A stretch of DNA of 54,124 nt from Opitutaceae bacterium (GTDB taxonomy: Bacteria; Verrucomicrobiota; Verrucomicrobiia; Opitutales; Opitutaceae). The stretch is taken from contig DASRSJ010000054.1 in assembly GCA_035656555.1 (NCBI GenBank), positions 1 to 54,124 of the forward strand, in the 5' to 3' direction. The notes beneath the pieces are model-generated. The model made no database searches. It was not told the origin of the DNA and saw only the letters and a program-made list of their open reading frames with translations. Positions 19,847 to 30,274 of this stretch are shown here, piece by piece. The translations under genes were made by a program, and so were the position numbers. Position 1 is the first letter of the stretch. Each line of letters opens with the position of its first letter.

Positions 19847-20842
19847 ATGACCACAACTCGACTTACACTTGCCGGCATCGCCTTCCTTGCGGCCGCTTCT
19901 GCCTACGCAGACGTAAAGCTTAACGACAACTTCAGCCTGAGCGGCTACGCGGCCGGCTCCTACGTCGCCGTCGACCCTTCCGGCGCCCCCTCTTCGGACT
20001 CCTTCAACCTCGACGCGGCCAAGGTGAGCCTCCTCGCGAAGTTCGACGCCGTGAGCGCCGACTTCGGGGCCTACTACACGCAGAGCTCGAATGGCACCGA
20101 CAACCTGACGCTCATTGACGCCAACGTCTCCTACACCCCCGCGGACGGCGTAACGATCACGGGCGGCCGGTTCCTGAGCTGGATGGGCTACGAGGCCTTC
20201 GACGCGATCAACAAGAACCAGGTCAGCTCCGCCTACATCAATCCGGACGGCACGATCATGTTCTACCCGGCCTACCACGAGGGCCTGAAGATCAAGTACT
20301 CGACCCCGGACTTCACGGTCGGAGCGGCGCTGCTCGACTCGCTGAACGGGCCGAGCATCTACCGCGGCGACGGCGAGCTGAAGCACAACTTCGGCTCCGA
20401 GGTCTTCGCCTCCTTCAACGCGGCCAAGGGCCTGACGATCTGGACCGGCATCGGCTACGACAGCGCGGGCGATTTCGCCTACCAGATGCACTCGACGACG
20501 ATCTACAACGTGTGGGTCCAGTACGTCGTCGGCAACGCGACGTTCGCCGGTGAATACCTCTACCAGGACGCCGCCGAAGCCTCGACGGGCTCGGACGGCC
20601 TGATCCTGCTGGACTACGCCTTCACGAAGCAGCTCTCGACCGCCTTCCGCGTCTCGGGCGGCAAGCTCAAGGACACGGCGGCGGGCCCCGGCCTCGGCTT
20701 CACGAAGTTCACGGTCAGCCCGACCTACGCCCTGACCGACCACTTGGCGATCCGCCCTGAGATTTCGTACATCAAGTACAAAAACAATAACCCCATCAGC
20801 CACGACACGTTCTTCGCCATCCAGGCGCTCTTCAAGTTCTGA
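19847..20842 (+). CDS. Outer-membrane beta-barrel porin-like protein
   Basis: Signal peptide MTTTRLTLAGIAFLAAASAYA, alternating amphipathic strands rich in Y/G/S/T, and a C-terminal FAIQALFKF ending in Phe. Confidence 0.6.
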   Translation: MTTTRLTLAGIAFLAAASAYADVKLNDNFSLSGYAAGSYVAVDPSGAPSSDSFNLDAAKVSLLAKFDAVSADFGAYYTQSSNGTDNLTLIDANVSYTPADGVTITGGRFLSWMGYEAFDAINKNQVSSAYINPDGTIMFYPAYHEGLKIKYSTPDFTVGAALLDSLNGPSIYRGDGELKHNFGSEVFASFNAAKGLTIWTGIGYDSAGDFAYQMHSTTIYNVWVQYVVGNATFAGEYLYQDAAEASTGSDGLILLDYAFTKQLSTAFRVSGGKLKDTAAGPGLGFTKFTVSPTYALTDHLAIRPEISYIKYKNNNPISHDTFFAIQALFKF

Positions 20843-20854
20843 AGAGAGCCCGTT

Positions 20855-20870
20855 TGGCACTCCAACTGCA
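20855..20870 (+). promoter_or_regulatory. Sigma-54 (-24/-12) type promoter upstream of urtA
   Basis: TGGCAC-TCCAA-CTGCA has exact spacing and a near-consensus -12 element. It lies in the 46-nt porin-urtA gap. Confidence 0.6.
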
Positions 20871-20888
20871 GCCTAGACCCTCATCTCC

Positions 20889-22187
20889 ATGATAAAGTCC
20901 AAATTGTTCAGCCTGTTTGCGGCGGGTGCCATGCTATCGGCACCTTGCCTGAGCTCGATGCGAGCCGATACCATGCCTGCCGACGCGACCGTCAAGGTCG
21001 GCATCCTCCACTCCCTCTCCGGGACGATGGCCATCAGCGAGACGTCCCTGCGCGACATCCTCCTGTTTGCCTTTGACGACATCAACTCCAAGGGCGGCAT
21101 CCTGGGCAAAAAGATCGAGCCCGTGATCGTCGATGGCGCCTCGAACTGGCCGCTGTTCGCCGAGAAGGCGAAGCAGCTCCTTGAGGAGGACAAAGTCTCC
21201 GTCACCTTCGGGTGCTGGACCTCTGTCAGCCGCAAGTCCGTGCTGCCGGTCTTCGAGAAGGACAACGGCCTCCTCTTCTACCCCGTGCAGTACGAGGGCG
21301 AGGAGCTTTCCAAGAACATCTTCTACACGGCCGAGGCCGTTAACCAGCAGGCGACGCCCGCGGTCGACTACCTCCTCCAGCAGGGCAAGAAGAAGTTCTA
21401 CCTGATCGGCACGGACTACGTCTACCCGCAGACGACGAACCTCATCCTCTACAAGTACCTGCTCCTCAAGGGCGTCCCGATCGAGAACATCGGCGGCGGC
21501 CTCCGCAAGGACGAGTCGGGCAAGGTCATCTCCGCCGGCAAGTACGTTCCCTTCGGGCACACGGACTTCCAGCAGATCGTCGCGGACGTGAAGCAGTTCG
21601 CCGCGAGCGGCGACGCCTGCGTCATCAACACGATCAACGGCGACTCGAACGTGCCGTTCTTCAAGGAAGTGGTCGCCGCGGGCCTGACCCCGTCTGACTG
21701 CCCCGTTGTCTCGTTCTCGCTCGCCGAGGATGAGCTGCGCAGCATGCCGACGAAGGACATGGTCGGTGAGCTCGGCTGCTGGACCTACTTCCAGAGCATC
21801 AAGACCCCCGCGAACGCCGCGTTCCTCGAGGCCTGGAAGACCTGGCTCTCGACCGAGAACCACCCCGGCGTCATCAAGGACAAGCGCGCAGTCGACAGCC
21901 CGATGGTCCTTTCCTACGACGGCGTCTACCTGTGGAAGGCCGCGGTCGAGAAGGCTGGATCGTTCGACGTGGACAAGGTCCGCGCCGCCCTTGAGTCCGG
22001 TGTCACCTTCGAGGGGCCCGGCGGCAAGATCACCATGCAGGCGAACCACCACGCGACGAAGAACGTCTACATCGGCGAGACCCTCGCCAACGGACAGTTC
22101 AAGATCCTCGAGACATTCGACCAGCAGTACGGCGAGCCCTTCCTCCTCAAGGGCCTCGACGAGAAACTTGCGGCCAAGGGCCAGTAA
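20889..22187 (+). CDS. urtA: Urea ABC transporter substrate-binding protein
   Basis: Signal peptide, then [32 protein letters not shown] and [10 protein letters not shown], all characteristic of UrtA. Confidence 0.9.
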   Translation: MIKSKLFSLFAAGAMLSAPCLSSMRADTMPADATVKVGILHSLSGTMAISETSLRDILLFAFDDINSKGGILGKKIEPVIVDGASNWPLFAEKAKQLLEEDKVSVTFGCWTSVSRKSVLPVFEKDNGLLFYPVQYEGEELSKNIFYTAEAVNQQATPAVDYLLQQGKKKFYLIGTDYVYPQTTNLILYKYLLLKGVPIENIGGGLRKDESGKVISAGKYVPFGHTDFQQIVADVKQFAASGDACVINTINGDSNVPFFKEVVAAGLTPSDCPVVSFSLAEDELRSMPTKDMVGELGCWTYFQSIKTPANAAFLEAWKTWLSTENHPGVIKDKRAVDSPMVLSYDGVYLWKAAVEKAGSFDVDKVRAALESGVTFEGPGGKITMQANHHATKNVYIGETLANGQFKILETFDQQYGEPFLLKGLDEKLAAKGQ

Positions 22188-22237
22188 CATCGGGCCAATC
22201 CCGATTTCCGCCGAATAGGCACACAAACTGCGAACCC

Positions 22238-22269
22238 GGGGGCGGAGCTAGAAACTCCGCCCCCTTTCT
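22238..22269 (+). terminator. Intercistronic stem-loop between urtA and urtB
   Basis: GGGGGCGGAG-CTAGAAA-CTCCGCCCCC is a perfect 10-bp stem followed by TTTCT. It abuts the urtB ATG. Confidence 0.5.
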
Positions 22270-24045
22270 ATGAGAGTATCCCCGATCCCGAGCTTTGCCC
22301 ACTGGCTGATTGCCGCCGCGTTCCTGCTGGTGGCCGCGCTGGGCGGATACGGGGCGGAATCGACCGACAGGATGAACGAGGGCCCGGCGCGCTCCCTCCT
22401 GGTCGGCGCACTTGAGGCCAAGGGCCCCGAGCAGCTGAAGCTCCTGGGCGAGCTGGGAGACTCGGGCTCCAAGACCGCGGCCGAGGTGCTGACGGCATGG
22501 AGCCGGGGCCAGGTCTACCTGGTGCAGGATTCAGCCGGCAGGACGGTCCCCGTCCTCTTCGAGGAACAGCAGGACTCCGCGGGCAAGTCCCGCGCGGACA
22601 GCATCGCGGACGGAACGTGGATCGCCGACGCGAAGGGAAAGGAGGCGAGGTTCGATCCCAGCGACGCGACCTCGGTCGACGCCGACATGCGGCTGAGGAG
22701 CGCCATACGCCAGACGCTCGACATGCTGGCCCTCTCAAACCCTGACCCCGACGAGCGCCGCTCGGCCGCGGTGAAGCTCGGCGCCTCCCAGAGGCGCCAG
22801 TACATACCGGCGCTCCAGGCGCGCCTAGCGAAGGAGAAGGATTCCCACGTTCGGAGGGCCCTCGAGGAGTCCATCGCGCAGATCGACCTCACCTCCGCGG
22901 ATCCCGCCGTGCAGCAGAAGGCAATCGCGCGCCTCGCGTTCCTGAACGCCATGGGCTGCATCGACAACCTGAACCAGCTGGCCGCCGCCCCGACCACCGA
23001 CAAGCAGGTCGCGCAGGCCGCGAAGGCCGCCGCGGCCTCGATCAATTCCCACATCCAGCACGTCAACCTCTTCGGCACGATCTTCCGCGGCGTGAGCCTC
23101 GGCTCGATCCTGCTCGTCGTGACGCTCGGCCTCGCGATCACCTTCGGCCAGATGGGCGTCATCAACATGGCGCACGGCGAGATGATCGCCGTCGGCGCCT
23201 ACACGTGCTACGTCGTGCAGAACGTGTTCGGCACCGGCTTCAGCTTCGCGCTGACGCTGCCGTTCTCCTACGGCGGCCACCAGGTCTCGTTCGGGGCCAG
23301 CATCCCGGGCATCAACGCGACGGGACTCTTCTACGAGAGCTACTTCCTGTTCGCCATCCCGCTCAGCTTCATGACGGCCTTCATAGCGGGTCTCGTCGTC
23401 GAGCGGCTGATCATCCAGTTCCTCTACAACCGCAAGCTTGAGTCGCTGCTGGCGACCTGGGGGGTCTCGCTCGTCATGCAGCAGCTGCTGCGCATGGTCT
23501 TCGGCGCGAACAACGTCCAGGTGAACTCGCCGAGCTGGCTCCTTGGGCACTTCACGCTCGACGACGTTCTCTTCGGCTACAACCGCGTGTTCGTGATCGC
23601 GTTTGCCATCCTGATCGTGATCGGGACCTGGCTGCTTCTCACCAAGACCTCGGTCGGGCTCCTCATCCGCGCCGTGACACAAAACCGCGAGATGGCCTCG
23701 TGCATGGGGGTCCGCACGACCCGGGTCAACATGATGACCTTCGCCTTTGGCTCGGGCCTCGCCGGGCTGGCCGGAGCCTTCCTCTCCCAGATCGGCAACG
23801 TCGGCCCCAGCATGGGGCAGAGCTACATCGTCGACAGCTTCATGGTGGTCGTCGTCGGAGGGGTGGGGAGCATCGTGGGTACGGTCTGCGCCGCCCTCGG
23901 CATCGGAACGGCGGACCAGGTGCTCCAGCAGGTCCTCGGCTCCCCGGTCCTCGGCAAGATCATCGTCCTTGGCACCATCATCTTGTTCCTGCAGTGGAAG
24001 CCCGGCGGGCTCTTCACCACCCGCAGTCGAAACCTCGATTCCTGA
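22270..24045 (+). CDS. urtB: Urea ABC transporter permease with long N-terminal extracytoplasmic extension
   Basis: The C-terminal ~300 aa are a branched-chain-type permease ([15 protein letters not shown]). The N-terminal ~265 aa are a helical repeat region that follows a signal/TM segment. Confidence 0.85.
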   Translation: MRVSPIPSFAHWLIAAAFLLVAALGGYGAESTDRMNEGPARSLLVGALEAKGPEQLKLLGELGDSGSKTAAEVLTAWSRGQVYLVQDSAGRTVPVLFEEQQDSAGKSRADSIADGTWIADAKGKEARFDPSDATSVDADMRLRSAIRQTLDMLALSNPDPDERRSAAVKLGASQRRQYIPALQARLAKEKDSHVRRALEESIAQIDLTSADPAVQQKAIARLAFLNAMGCIDNLNQLAAAPTTDKQVAQAAKAAAASINSHIQHVNLFGTIFRGVSLGSILLVVTLGLAITFGQMGVINMAHGEMIAVGAYTCYVVQNVFGTGFSFALTLPFSYGGHQVSFGASIPGINATGLFYESYFLFAIPLSFMTAFIAGLVVERLIIQFLYNRKLESLLATWGVSLVMQQLLRMVFGANNVQVNSPSWLLGHFTLDDVLFGYNRVFVIAFAILIVIGTWLLLTKTSVGLLIRAVTQNREMASCMGVRTTRVNMMTFAFGSGLAGLAGAFLSQIGNVGPSMGQSYIVDSFMVVVVGGVGSIVGTVCAALGIGTADQVLQQVLGSPVLGKIIVLGTIILFLQWKPGGLFTTRSRNLDS

Positions 24046-24049
24046 GCGC

Positions 24050-25147
24050 ATGCTGGACCAATCGAAACGCACCGAGACCGCGATCGTCGCCTTCGCTGCG
24101 ATCATCATCGTAGGCGTTCTCCCGTGTCTGAACGCCTTTACGCCGACAGGGAGCCTGCTCCACATCAGCGATTTCTCGATCAACCTTTACGGGAAATACC
24201 TCTGCTATGCCGTCTTGGCGATCAGTGTCGACCTGCTCTGGGGCTACACCGGCCTCCTGAGTCTTGGCCAGTGCCTCTTCTTCTCCTTGGGCGGCTACGC
24301 GCTCGGCATGCACCTCATGCTGATGATCGGCAAGCTGGGCCAGTACCACAGCGACCTTCCGGACTTCATGGTCTTCCTCGGATACCCGAGGCTGCCGGCA
24401 CACTGGGTGCCCTTCCGCAGCTTCTGGTTCGCGTCCGCCGCCGTCGTCCTCGTCCCCGCGGCACTCGCCTTCGTCTTCGGCTTCCTGGCCTTCAGGTCCC
24501 GCATCAAGGGCGTGTACTTCGCGATCCTGACGCAGGCGCTCACCTACGCGGCGTGCCTGATGTTCTTCCGCAATGACTTCACGTTCGGCGGCAACAACGG
24601 CCTGACAGACTTCAAGTTCATCCTGGGCCATGACCTGCGGACGGCCGCCACCCAGAGGGACCTCTACATCGCGACCGGCATCCTCCTCTTCGCCACGTAC
24701 GGCCTATGCCGCTGGCTCATCGCGACCAAGTTCGGCAAGGTACAGCGCGCCATACGCGACCGCGAGAACCGCGTCCTCTTCTCGGGCTACGCCACGGCGA
24801 GCTACAAGCTCTTCATCTTTGTCGTCTGCGCGGTCATCGCCGGCGTCGCGGGCGCCCTCTATGTGCCCCAGGTCGGCATCATCAACCCGAGCGAAATGGC
24901 GACCGACAAGTCCCTGGAGGCCGTCGTGTGGGTCGCGGTTGGAGGGCGCGGGACCCTGGTCGGCCCGATCATCGGCGCCATATTCGTGAACGCGCTGAAG
25001 AGCTGGGCCACGCGAGCCTATCCCGACCTCTGGCTCATCATCCTCGGGACGCTCTTCATCTTCGTCGTCCTTTTCCTGCCAGGCGGGATCGTGAGCATCC
25101 CGGAGAGGGTGTCCGAGTGGAAGGCCAGCAGGAGGAAGCCGGTATGA
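24050..25147 (+). CDS. urtC: Urea ABC transporter permease
   Basis: Starts at MLDQSKR (ATG 24050). [26 protein letters not shown] is typical of UrtC/LivM-type permeases. Confidence 0.88.
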   Translation: MLDQSKRTETAIVAFAAIIIVGVLPCLNAFTPTGSLLHISDFSINLYGKYLCYAVLAISVDLLWGYTGLLSLGQCLFFSLGGYALGMHLMLMIGKLGQYHSDLPDFMVFLGYPRLPAHWVPFRSFWFASAAVVLVPAALAFVFGFLAFRSRIKGVYFAILTQALTYAACLMFFRNDFTFGGNNGLTDFKFILGHDLRTAATQRDLYIATGILLFATYGLCRWLIATKFGKVQRAIRDRENRVLFSGYATASYKLFIFVVCAVIAGVAGALYVPQVGIINPSEMATDKSLEAVVWVAVGGRGTLVGPIIGAIFVNALKSWATRAYPDLWLIILGTLFIFVVLFLPGGIVSIPERVSEWKASRRKPV

Positions 25148-25899
25148 GCAAGAAGATGATCCTAACCGTCGAGGGCGTGAACAAGACCTTCGACGGCTAC
25201 AAGGCGATCACCAACCTCACGTTCCAGCTTGAGACCGGCGAGATGAGGGTCGTGATTGGACCCAATGGAGCTGGCAAGTCGACGTTCTTCGACCTCCTGA
25301 CGGGCCGAACGAAGCCCGACTCGGGCAAGATAGAGTACCAAGAGGACACAGATCTGACTTCGCTCAACGAGTACCAGATCAACCGCCTCGGCATTGGGCG
25401 CAAGTTCCAGACCCCGTCTGTCTACCTTGAGCACACGGTCTTCGACAATCTGCTCATGTCGCTCAAGGGGCGACGGGGCGTCCAGGCTTCGATCTTCCAT
25501 CGGTTGTCGCCGGCCGAGAACTCCAGAATCGAGGAACTCCTCGAGCTCGTGAGGCTCACGAGCAAGCGCGGGCGCTGGGCGGGGGAGCTCGCCCACGGTG
25601 AGAAGCAGTGGCTCGAGATCGGCATGCTGCTCGCCCAGGACCCGCAGGTGCTCCTCGTGGACGAGCCCGCCGCGGGCATGACCGACGAGGAGACGCACCG
25701 CACCGGCGAACTCCTCATATCGCTCTCTGGCAGGCACAGTCTCATTGTCGTCGAGCACGACATGGCGTTCGTCCGCCAGATCGCGCGCGACAACAAGATC
25801 ACCGTCCTCCACCAGGGAACCGTCCTCTGCGAGGCGCGATTCGACGAGGTCCAGGCAAACCCCAAGGTCCGCGAGGTCTACCTCGGCCGCGGAAAATGA
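25144..25899 (+). CDS. urtD: Urea ABC transporter ATP-binding protein
   Basis: ATGA overlap with urtC. Walker [10 protein letters not shown] is present, with [14 protein letters not shown] in the signature region and LLLVDEP as Walker B. Confidence 0.9.
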   Translation: MSKKMILTVEGVNKTFDGYKAITNLTFQLETGEMRVVIGPNGAGKSTFFDLLTGRTKPDSGKIEYQEDTDLTSLNEYQINRLGIGRKFQTPSVYLEHTVFDNLLMSLKGRRGVQASIFHRLSPAENSRIEELLELVRLTSKRGRWAGELAHGEKQWLEIGMLLAQDPQVLLVDEPAAGMTDEETHRTGELLISLSGRHSLIVVEHDMAFVRQIARDNKITVLHQGTVLCEARFDEVQANPKVREVYLGRGK

Positions 25900-26624
25900 G
25901 CATGGAGGCGGCAGCACCCATCCTCGAGCTCGACGGTGTGGAGGCCGACATTGGCGGCTCCCGCATCCTGAGGGGCGTGGCGCTCAAGGTCGCCCCCGGC
26001 GAGGTCGCGTGTCTCATGGGCCGGAACGGCGTCGGCAAGACGACGACCTTGCGTGCGATCATGGGCCTGCGGCAGGTCAGGAGCGGCACAATCCGCTTCG
26101 CGGGCAAGATGATCGCGGGCGTTCCCGTGGCGGACAGGGCGCTCGCAGGCATCGGCTACGTCCCGCAGGGCCGCGACATCTTTCCGCATCTCACGGTCGA
26201 GGAGAACCTGCGCGTCGGCCTGTGCACGCACCCGAGAAGCCGAGAGGCCACCAAGTCGGACCTGGACGAGGTCTACACGCTCTTCCCCGTCATCAAGATC
26301 ATGCTCGGGCGCAAGGGTGGCGTCCTTTCCGGGGGCCAGCAGCAGCAGCTGGCAATCGCACGCGCCCTCCTCACCAAGCCGAAGCTCCTGATGCTCGATG
26401 AGCCGACCGAGGGAATCCAGCCCTCGATCATCGACGAGATCGGCGACACGCTCGGTCGCCTGAAGAAGCAGGGCGGCCTGGCGATTCTCCTCGTCGAGCA
26501 GTACGTCGACTTCTGCAAGGGCGTTGGCGACAGCTTCCACGCCTTGGACCGCGGGGTCGTCGTTGCAACGGGCTCCATTGCGGAGTTGACCGACGAGGTC
26601 GTGAAAAAGCATCTCCAAGTCTGA
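25896..26624 (+). CDS. urtE: Urea ABC transporter ATP-binding protein
   Basis: ATGA overlap with urtD. Walker A GRNGVGKTT, signature LSGGQQQQLAIARAL, Walker B LLMLDEP. Confidence 0.9.
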   Translation: MSMEAAAPILELDGVEADIGGSRILRGVALKVAPGEVACLMGRNGVGKTTTLRAIMGLRQVRSGTIRFAGKMIAGVPVADRALAGIGYVPQGRDIFPHLTVEENLRVGLCTHPRSREATKSDLDEVYTLFPVIKIMLGRKGGVLSGGQQQQLAIARALLTKPKLLMLDEPTEGIQPSIIDEIGDTLGRLKKQGGLAILLVEQYVDFCKGVGDSFHALDRGVVVATGSIAELTDEVVKKHLQV

Positions 26625-26641
26625 ACACCCCCCAGCGACAC

Positions 26642-29600
26642 ATGTTCAAGAAAGTACTCATAGCCAACCGGGGTGCGATCGCATGCCGGATCATCCGCAC
26701 CCTCAGGAAGCTCAACGTGGTCTCGGTCGCCGTTTACTCCGAGGCCGACGCCAGCTCACTCCACGTTTCGGCCGCGGACGAGGCCGTCTGCATCGGGCCG
26801 GCGCCGGCGACCGAGAGCTACCTCAAGTTCGAGGCGATCTTCGATGCCGCCCGGAAAACGGGCGCCGAGGCCATCCACCCGGGCTACGGCTTCCTGAGCG
26901 AGAACGCGGCCTTCGCGGAGGCATGCGAGGCGGCCGGCTTCGTCTTCATCGGCCCGAGCCCGATGCACATGAAGGAGTTTGGGCTGAAGCACACGGCCCG
27001 GGCGGTGGCCAAGAAGAGCAGCGTGCCGCTCCTGCCGGGAAGCGAGCTCCTGGCGAGTCTCGAGGAGGCGTGCGGCGAGGCGGCGCGCATCGGATACCCG
27101 GTCATGCTGAAGAGCACGGCCGGCGGCGGGGGCATCGGCATGAAGCTCTGCAGCGACCAGCCCTCGCTCGAGGAGGCCTACGTCTCGGTCAAGCGCCTCA
27201 GCGAGACCGCCTTCAAGTCGGGGGGCATGTACCTGGAGAAGTTTGTGTCGGTCGCAAGGCACATCGAGGTCCAGGTCTTCGGCGACGGGCTCGGCAAGGT
27301 CGTGGCCCTAGGCGAGCGCGATTGCTCGGCCCAGCGCAGGAACCAGAAGGTCGTCGAGGAGACGCCCGCTCCGGGTCTCTCGCCCGAGATGCGCGCCTCC
27401 CTCCTGGAGTGCGCGGTCCGGCTGACATCCACGCTGTCCTACCGCTCGGCGGGCACGGTCGAGTTCGTCTTCGATGTAACGTCGGGCGCCTTCTATTTCC
27501 TCGAGGTGAACACGCGTCTCCAAGTGGAGCATGGCGTCACCGAGGAGGTCACGGGCGTGGACTTGGTCGAGTGGATGGTGCGTCTCGCGGCAGGGGAGAC
27601 GGCGTTTGTCTCGGCGTACCGCCACGTCCCGAAGGGCGCCTCGATCCAGGTCAGACTTTACGCCGAGGACCCGAACAAGGCGTTCCAGCCGAGCTCCGGC
27701 GGCCTCACCGAGGCCGTGTTCCCGGACAACGCCCGCGTGGAGACATGGGTGGAGCGCGGCTCGGAGATACCCTCGTTTTATGACCCGATGATCGCGAAGA
27801 TCATCGTTGTCGCCGATGACCGCGTGGCGGCCACCGAGAAGATGAAAGCCGCCCTCGCGCGATGCCGGATCGCCGGCATCGAGTCTAATCTTGAGTACCT
27901 GCGCCAGGTGATCGCGAGCCAGGGCTTCGCTGACGGTATCATCCACACGAAGTGGCTGGCCACCTTCCCCTATGTCGCCGCCACGATCGACGTGATCGAG
28001 CCAGGGACGCAGAGCAGCATCCAGGACTACCCCGGCAGGACCGGCTACTGGTCGATCGGCGTTCCCCCGTCGGGGCCCATGGACGACCTGGGCTTCCGCC
28101 TGGCGAACCGGCTCGTGGGCAACGAGGAGAGCGAGGCCGGCCTCGAGATAACGCTCAGCGGTCCGACGCTTCGCTTCAACATCCCGACCACGATCGCGCT
28201 GACCGGCGCCGCCATGGCCGCCGACATCGACGGCGAGCCGGTCACCTTCTGGAAGAGCGTTCCCGTCAAGGCAGGGCAGACGCTCAGAATGGGGACCGTG
28301 AAGGGTTCGGGCTGCAGGACCTACCTCGCGGTGCAGGGCGGCTTCCAGGTCCCGGCCTATCTCGGCAGCAAGTCGACGTTCAACCTCGGCAAGTTCGGCG
28401 GCCACGCCGGCCGGACGCTGCGCCACGGCGACGTGCTCCCTATCGCAAAAACCTCGGGAGAGACCTTCGTCCAGCGGTCGGTGCCCAAGGAGCTGGTCCC
28501 CGCATACCACAGCAAGTGGGACATCGGGGTCCTCTACGGCCCGCATGCGGCCCCGGACTTCTTCACCGAGGGCTTCATCTCCACGTTCTTCACGTCGGAC
28601 TGGAAGGTCCACTACAACTCGAACCGGCTGGGCATCCGCCTCGTTGGCCCGAAGCCCGAGTTCACGCGCGCCGACGGCGGGGAGGCGGGTCTTCACCCCT
28701 CCAACATCCACGACACGGAGTACGCGATCGGCACGATCAACTTCACCGGGGACATGCCGGTCATCCTGGCGAAGGACGGCCCGAGCCTGGGCGGCTTTGT
28801 GTGCCCGGTGACGATCATCCAGGCCGAGCTCTGGAAGATCGGCCAGCTGCGTCCGGGAGACACCATCCGCTTCGTGCGCACGACATTCGCGGAGGCACTG
28901 GCGGCCGAGCGATGCCAGGACGCGGCAATCGCGGCGCTCGCTCCGCCGGACAACGACTGCCCGTCGCTCATGACGCGCTCCTTCACGCCCTCGCTCGGGG
29001 ACGGCGCCGTCCTCCACGCGACCGAGGCCTCTGCCGGCCGCCCGGCGGTCACGTACCGGCAGGCCGGCGACAAGTATATCCTGATCGAGTACGGTCCGCT
29101 GGTCCTCGACCTCGACATGCGCTTCAGGATCCACGCCCTCATGCAGTGGTTCGCGAAGAACCCGGTCGAGGGTGTCCTCGAGCTGTCGCCCGGCGTGCGC
29201 TCGCTCCAGGTCAACTTTGACAGCCGCAAGCTGCCCCTTGCCCTCCTGGTGGACATCCTCATGCAGGCCGAGAAGGAGCTTCCCGAGACCGAATCGATGG
29301 AGCTCGAGACACGCGTGCTCCGTCTGCCGCTCGCCTTTGACGCCAGCTCGACCCGCGCGGCCATCGACAAGTACCGCCAGTCGGTGCGCCAGAAGGCGCC
29401 GTGGCTGCCGAGCAACGTGGAGTTCATGCGCCGGATCAACGGACTCGCCAGTGTGGATGACGTGAGCCGCACAATCTTCGAGGCGAGCTACCTCGTGCTG
29501 GGCCTAGGTGACGTTTATCTCGGCGCACCCTGCGCCGTCCCCATCGACCCCCGCCACAGGCTCGTCACGACCAAGTACAACCCGGCGCGCACCTGGACGG

Positions 29601-30274
29601 CCGAGGGCGAGGTTGGGATCGGCGGCGTCTACATGTGCGTTTACGGCATGGAGAGCCCGGGCGGGTACCAGCTGGTGGGACGCACGGTGCCCGTCTGGAA
29701 CACCTACAAGCGGACGGCGGAGTTCCAGGCCGGGTCCCCGTGGCTCCTTCGTTTCTTCGACCAGGTCCGGTTTTTCCCGATGCCGGAGAAGGACGTCCTG
29801 GAGTTCCGCCAGGAGTTCCTGCGGGGCCGCGTGAAGCTCGACATCAAGTCCGAGATTTTCAGCGTGAAGAAGTACCACGCGTTCCTCGAGGCGGACAAGG
29901 CCGACATCGCCGAGTTCAAGGGCCGCCAGCAGGTCGCGTTCGACGAGGAGCGCGAGCGGTGGAAGCTGGAGGTCGCCGAGGTGGCGCCCGCGCAGGACGA
30001 GGGCGAGGCCCCGCCGTCCCCCGACGAGATCGTGCTGCCCCCCGGCGGCCGGCTCATATCGTCGCCCATTGCCGGAAATGTCTGGGCTGTCCCCGCGAAG
30101 GAGGGCGACAGCGTGACCGCCGGCCAGAAGATTATGATCGTCGAGGCCATGAAGATGGAGGTGGGAGTCGAGTCGCCGGTCCGAGGGACCATGGGCAAGA
30201 TCCTCGCGCCGCCGGGACGCCTGGTCTCGGCGGGCCAGCCGCTGGCGATCGTCATCGAGGAGGCCGCGCCATGA
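26642..30274 (+). CDS. Urea carboxylase (biotin carboxylase + KipA/KipI-like carboxyltransferase + BCCP)
   Basis: 1210 aa. Starts with the biotin carboxylase sequence MFKKVLIANRGAIACRIIRT. The central part resembles allophanate-hydrolase subunits 2 and 1. The C-terminal biotinylation motif is VEAMKME. Confidence 0.9.
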   Translation: MFKKVLIANRGAIACRIIRTLRKLNVVSVAVYSEADASSLHVSAADEAVCIGPAPATESYLKFEAIFDAARKTGAEAIHPGYGFLSENAAFAEACEAAGFVFIGPSPMHMKEFGLKHTARAVAKKSSVPLLPGSELLASLEEACGEAARIGYPVMLKSTAGGGGIGMKLCSDQPSLEEAYVSVKRLSETAFKSGGMYLEKFVSVARHIEVQVFGDGLGKVVALGERDCSAQRRNQKVVEETPAPGLSPEMRASLLECAVRLTSTLSYRSAGTVEFVFDVTSGAFYFLEVNTRLQVEHGVTEEVTGVDLVEWMVRLAAGETAFVSAYRHVPKGASIQVRLYAEDPNKAFQPSSGGLTEAVFPDNARVETWVERGSEIPSFYDPMIAKIIVVADDRVAATEKMKAALARCRIAGIESNLEYLRQVIASQGFADGIIHTKWLATFPYVAATIDVIEPGTQSSIQDYPGRTGYWSIGVPPSGPMDDLGFRLANRLVGNEESEAGLEITLSGPTLRFNIPTTIALTGAAMAADIDGEPVTFWKSVPVKAGQTLRMGTVKGSGCRTYLAVQGGFQVPAYLGSKSTFNLGKFGGHAGRTLRHGDVLPIAKTSGETFVQRSVPKELVPAYHSKWDIGVLYGPHAAPDFFTEGFISTFFTSDWKVHYNSNRLGIRLVGPKPEFTRADGGEAGLHPSNIHDTEYAIGTINFTGDMPVILAKDGPSLGGFVCPVTIIQAELWKIGQLRPGDTIRFVRTTFAEALAAERCQDAAIAALAPPDNDCPSLMTRSFTPSLGDGAVLHATEASAGRPAVTYRQAGDKYILIEYGPLVLDLDMRFRIHALMQWFAKNPVEGVLELSPGVRSLQVNFDSRKLPLALLVDILMQAEKELPETESMELETRVLRLPLAFDASSTRAAIDKYRQSVRQKAPWLPSNVEFMRRINGLASVDDVSRTIFEASYLVLGLGDVYLGAPCAVPIDPRHRLVTTKYNPARTWTAEGEVGIGGVYMCVYGMESPGGYQLVGRTVPVWNTYKRTAEFQAGSPWLLRFFDQVRFFPMPEKDVLEFRQEFLRGRVKLDIKSEIFSVKKYHAFLEADKADIAEFKGRQQVAFDEERERWKLEVAEVAPAQDEGEAPPSPDEIVLPPGGRLISSPIAGNVWAVPAKEGDSVTAGQKIMIVEAMKMEVGVESPVRGTMGKILAPPGRLVSAGQPLAIVIEEAAP

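Noticed and set aside
27308-29134. 608-aa minus-strand ORF, plus other 300-600-aa ORFs such as 12997..14802, 33107..34144, 22825..24183 and 30796..32268
   Set aside because: All are antisense or out of frame relative to genes with strong family motifs (urea carboxylase, EmrB, histidine kinase, UrtB/C, allophanate hydrolase). They are shadow ORFs.
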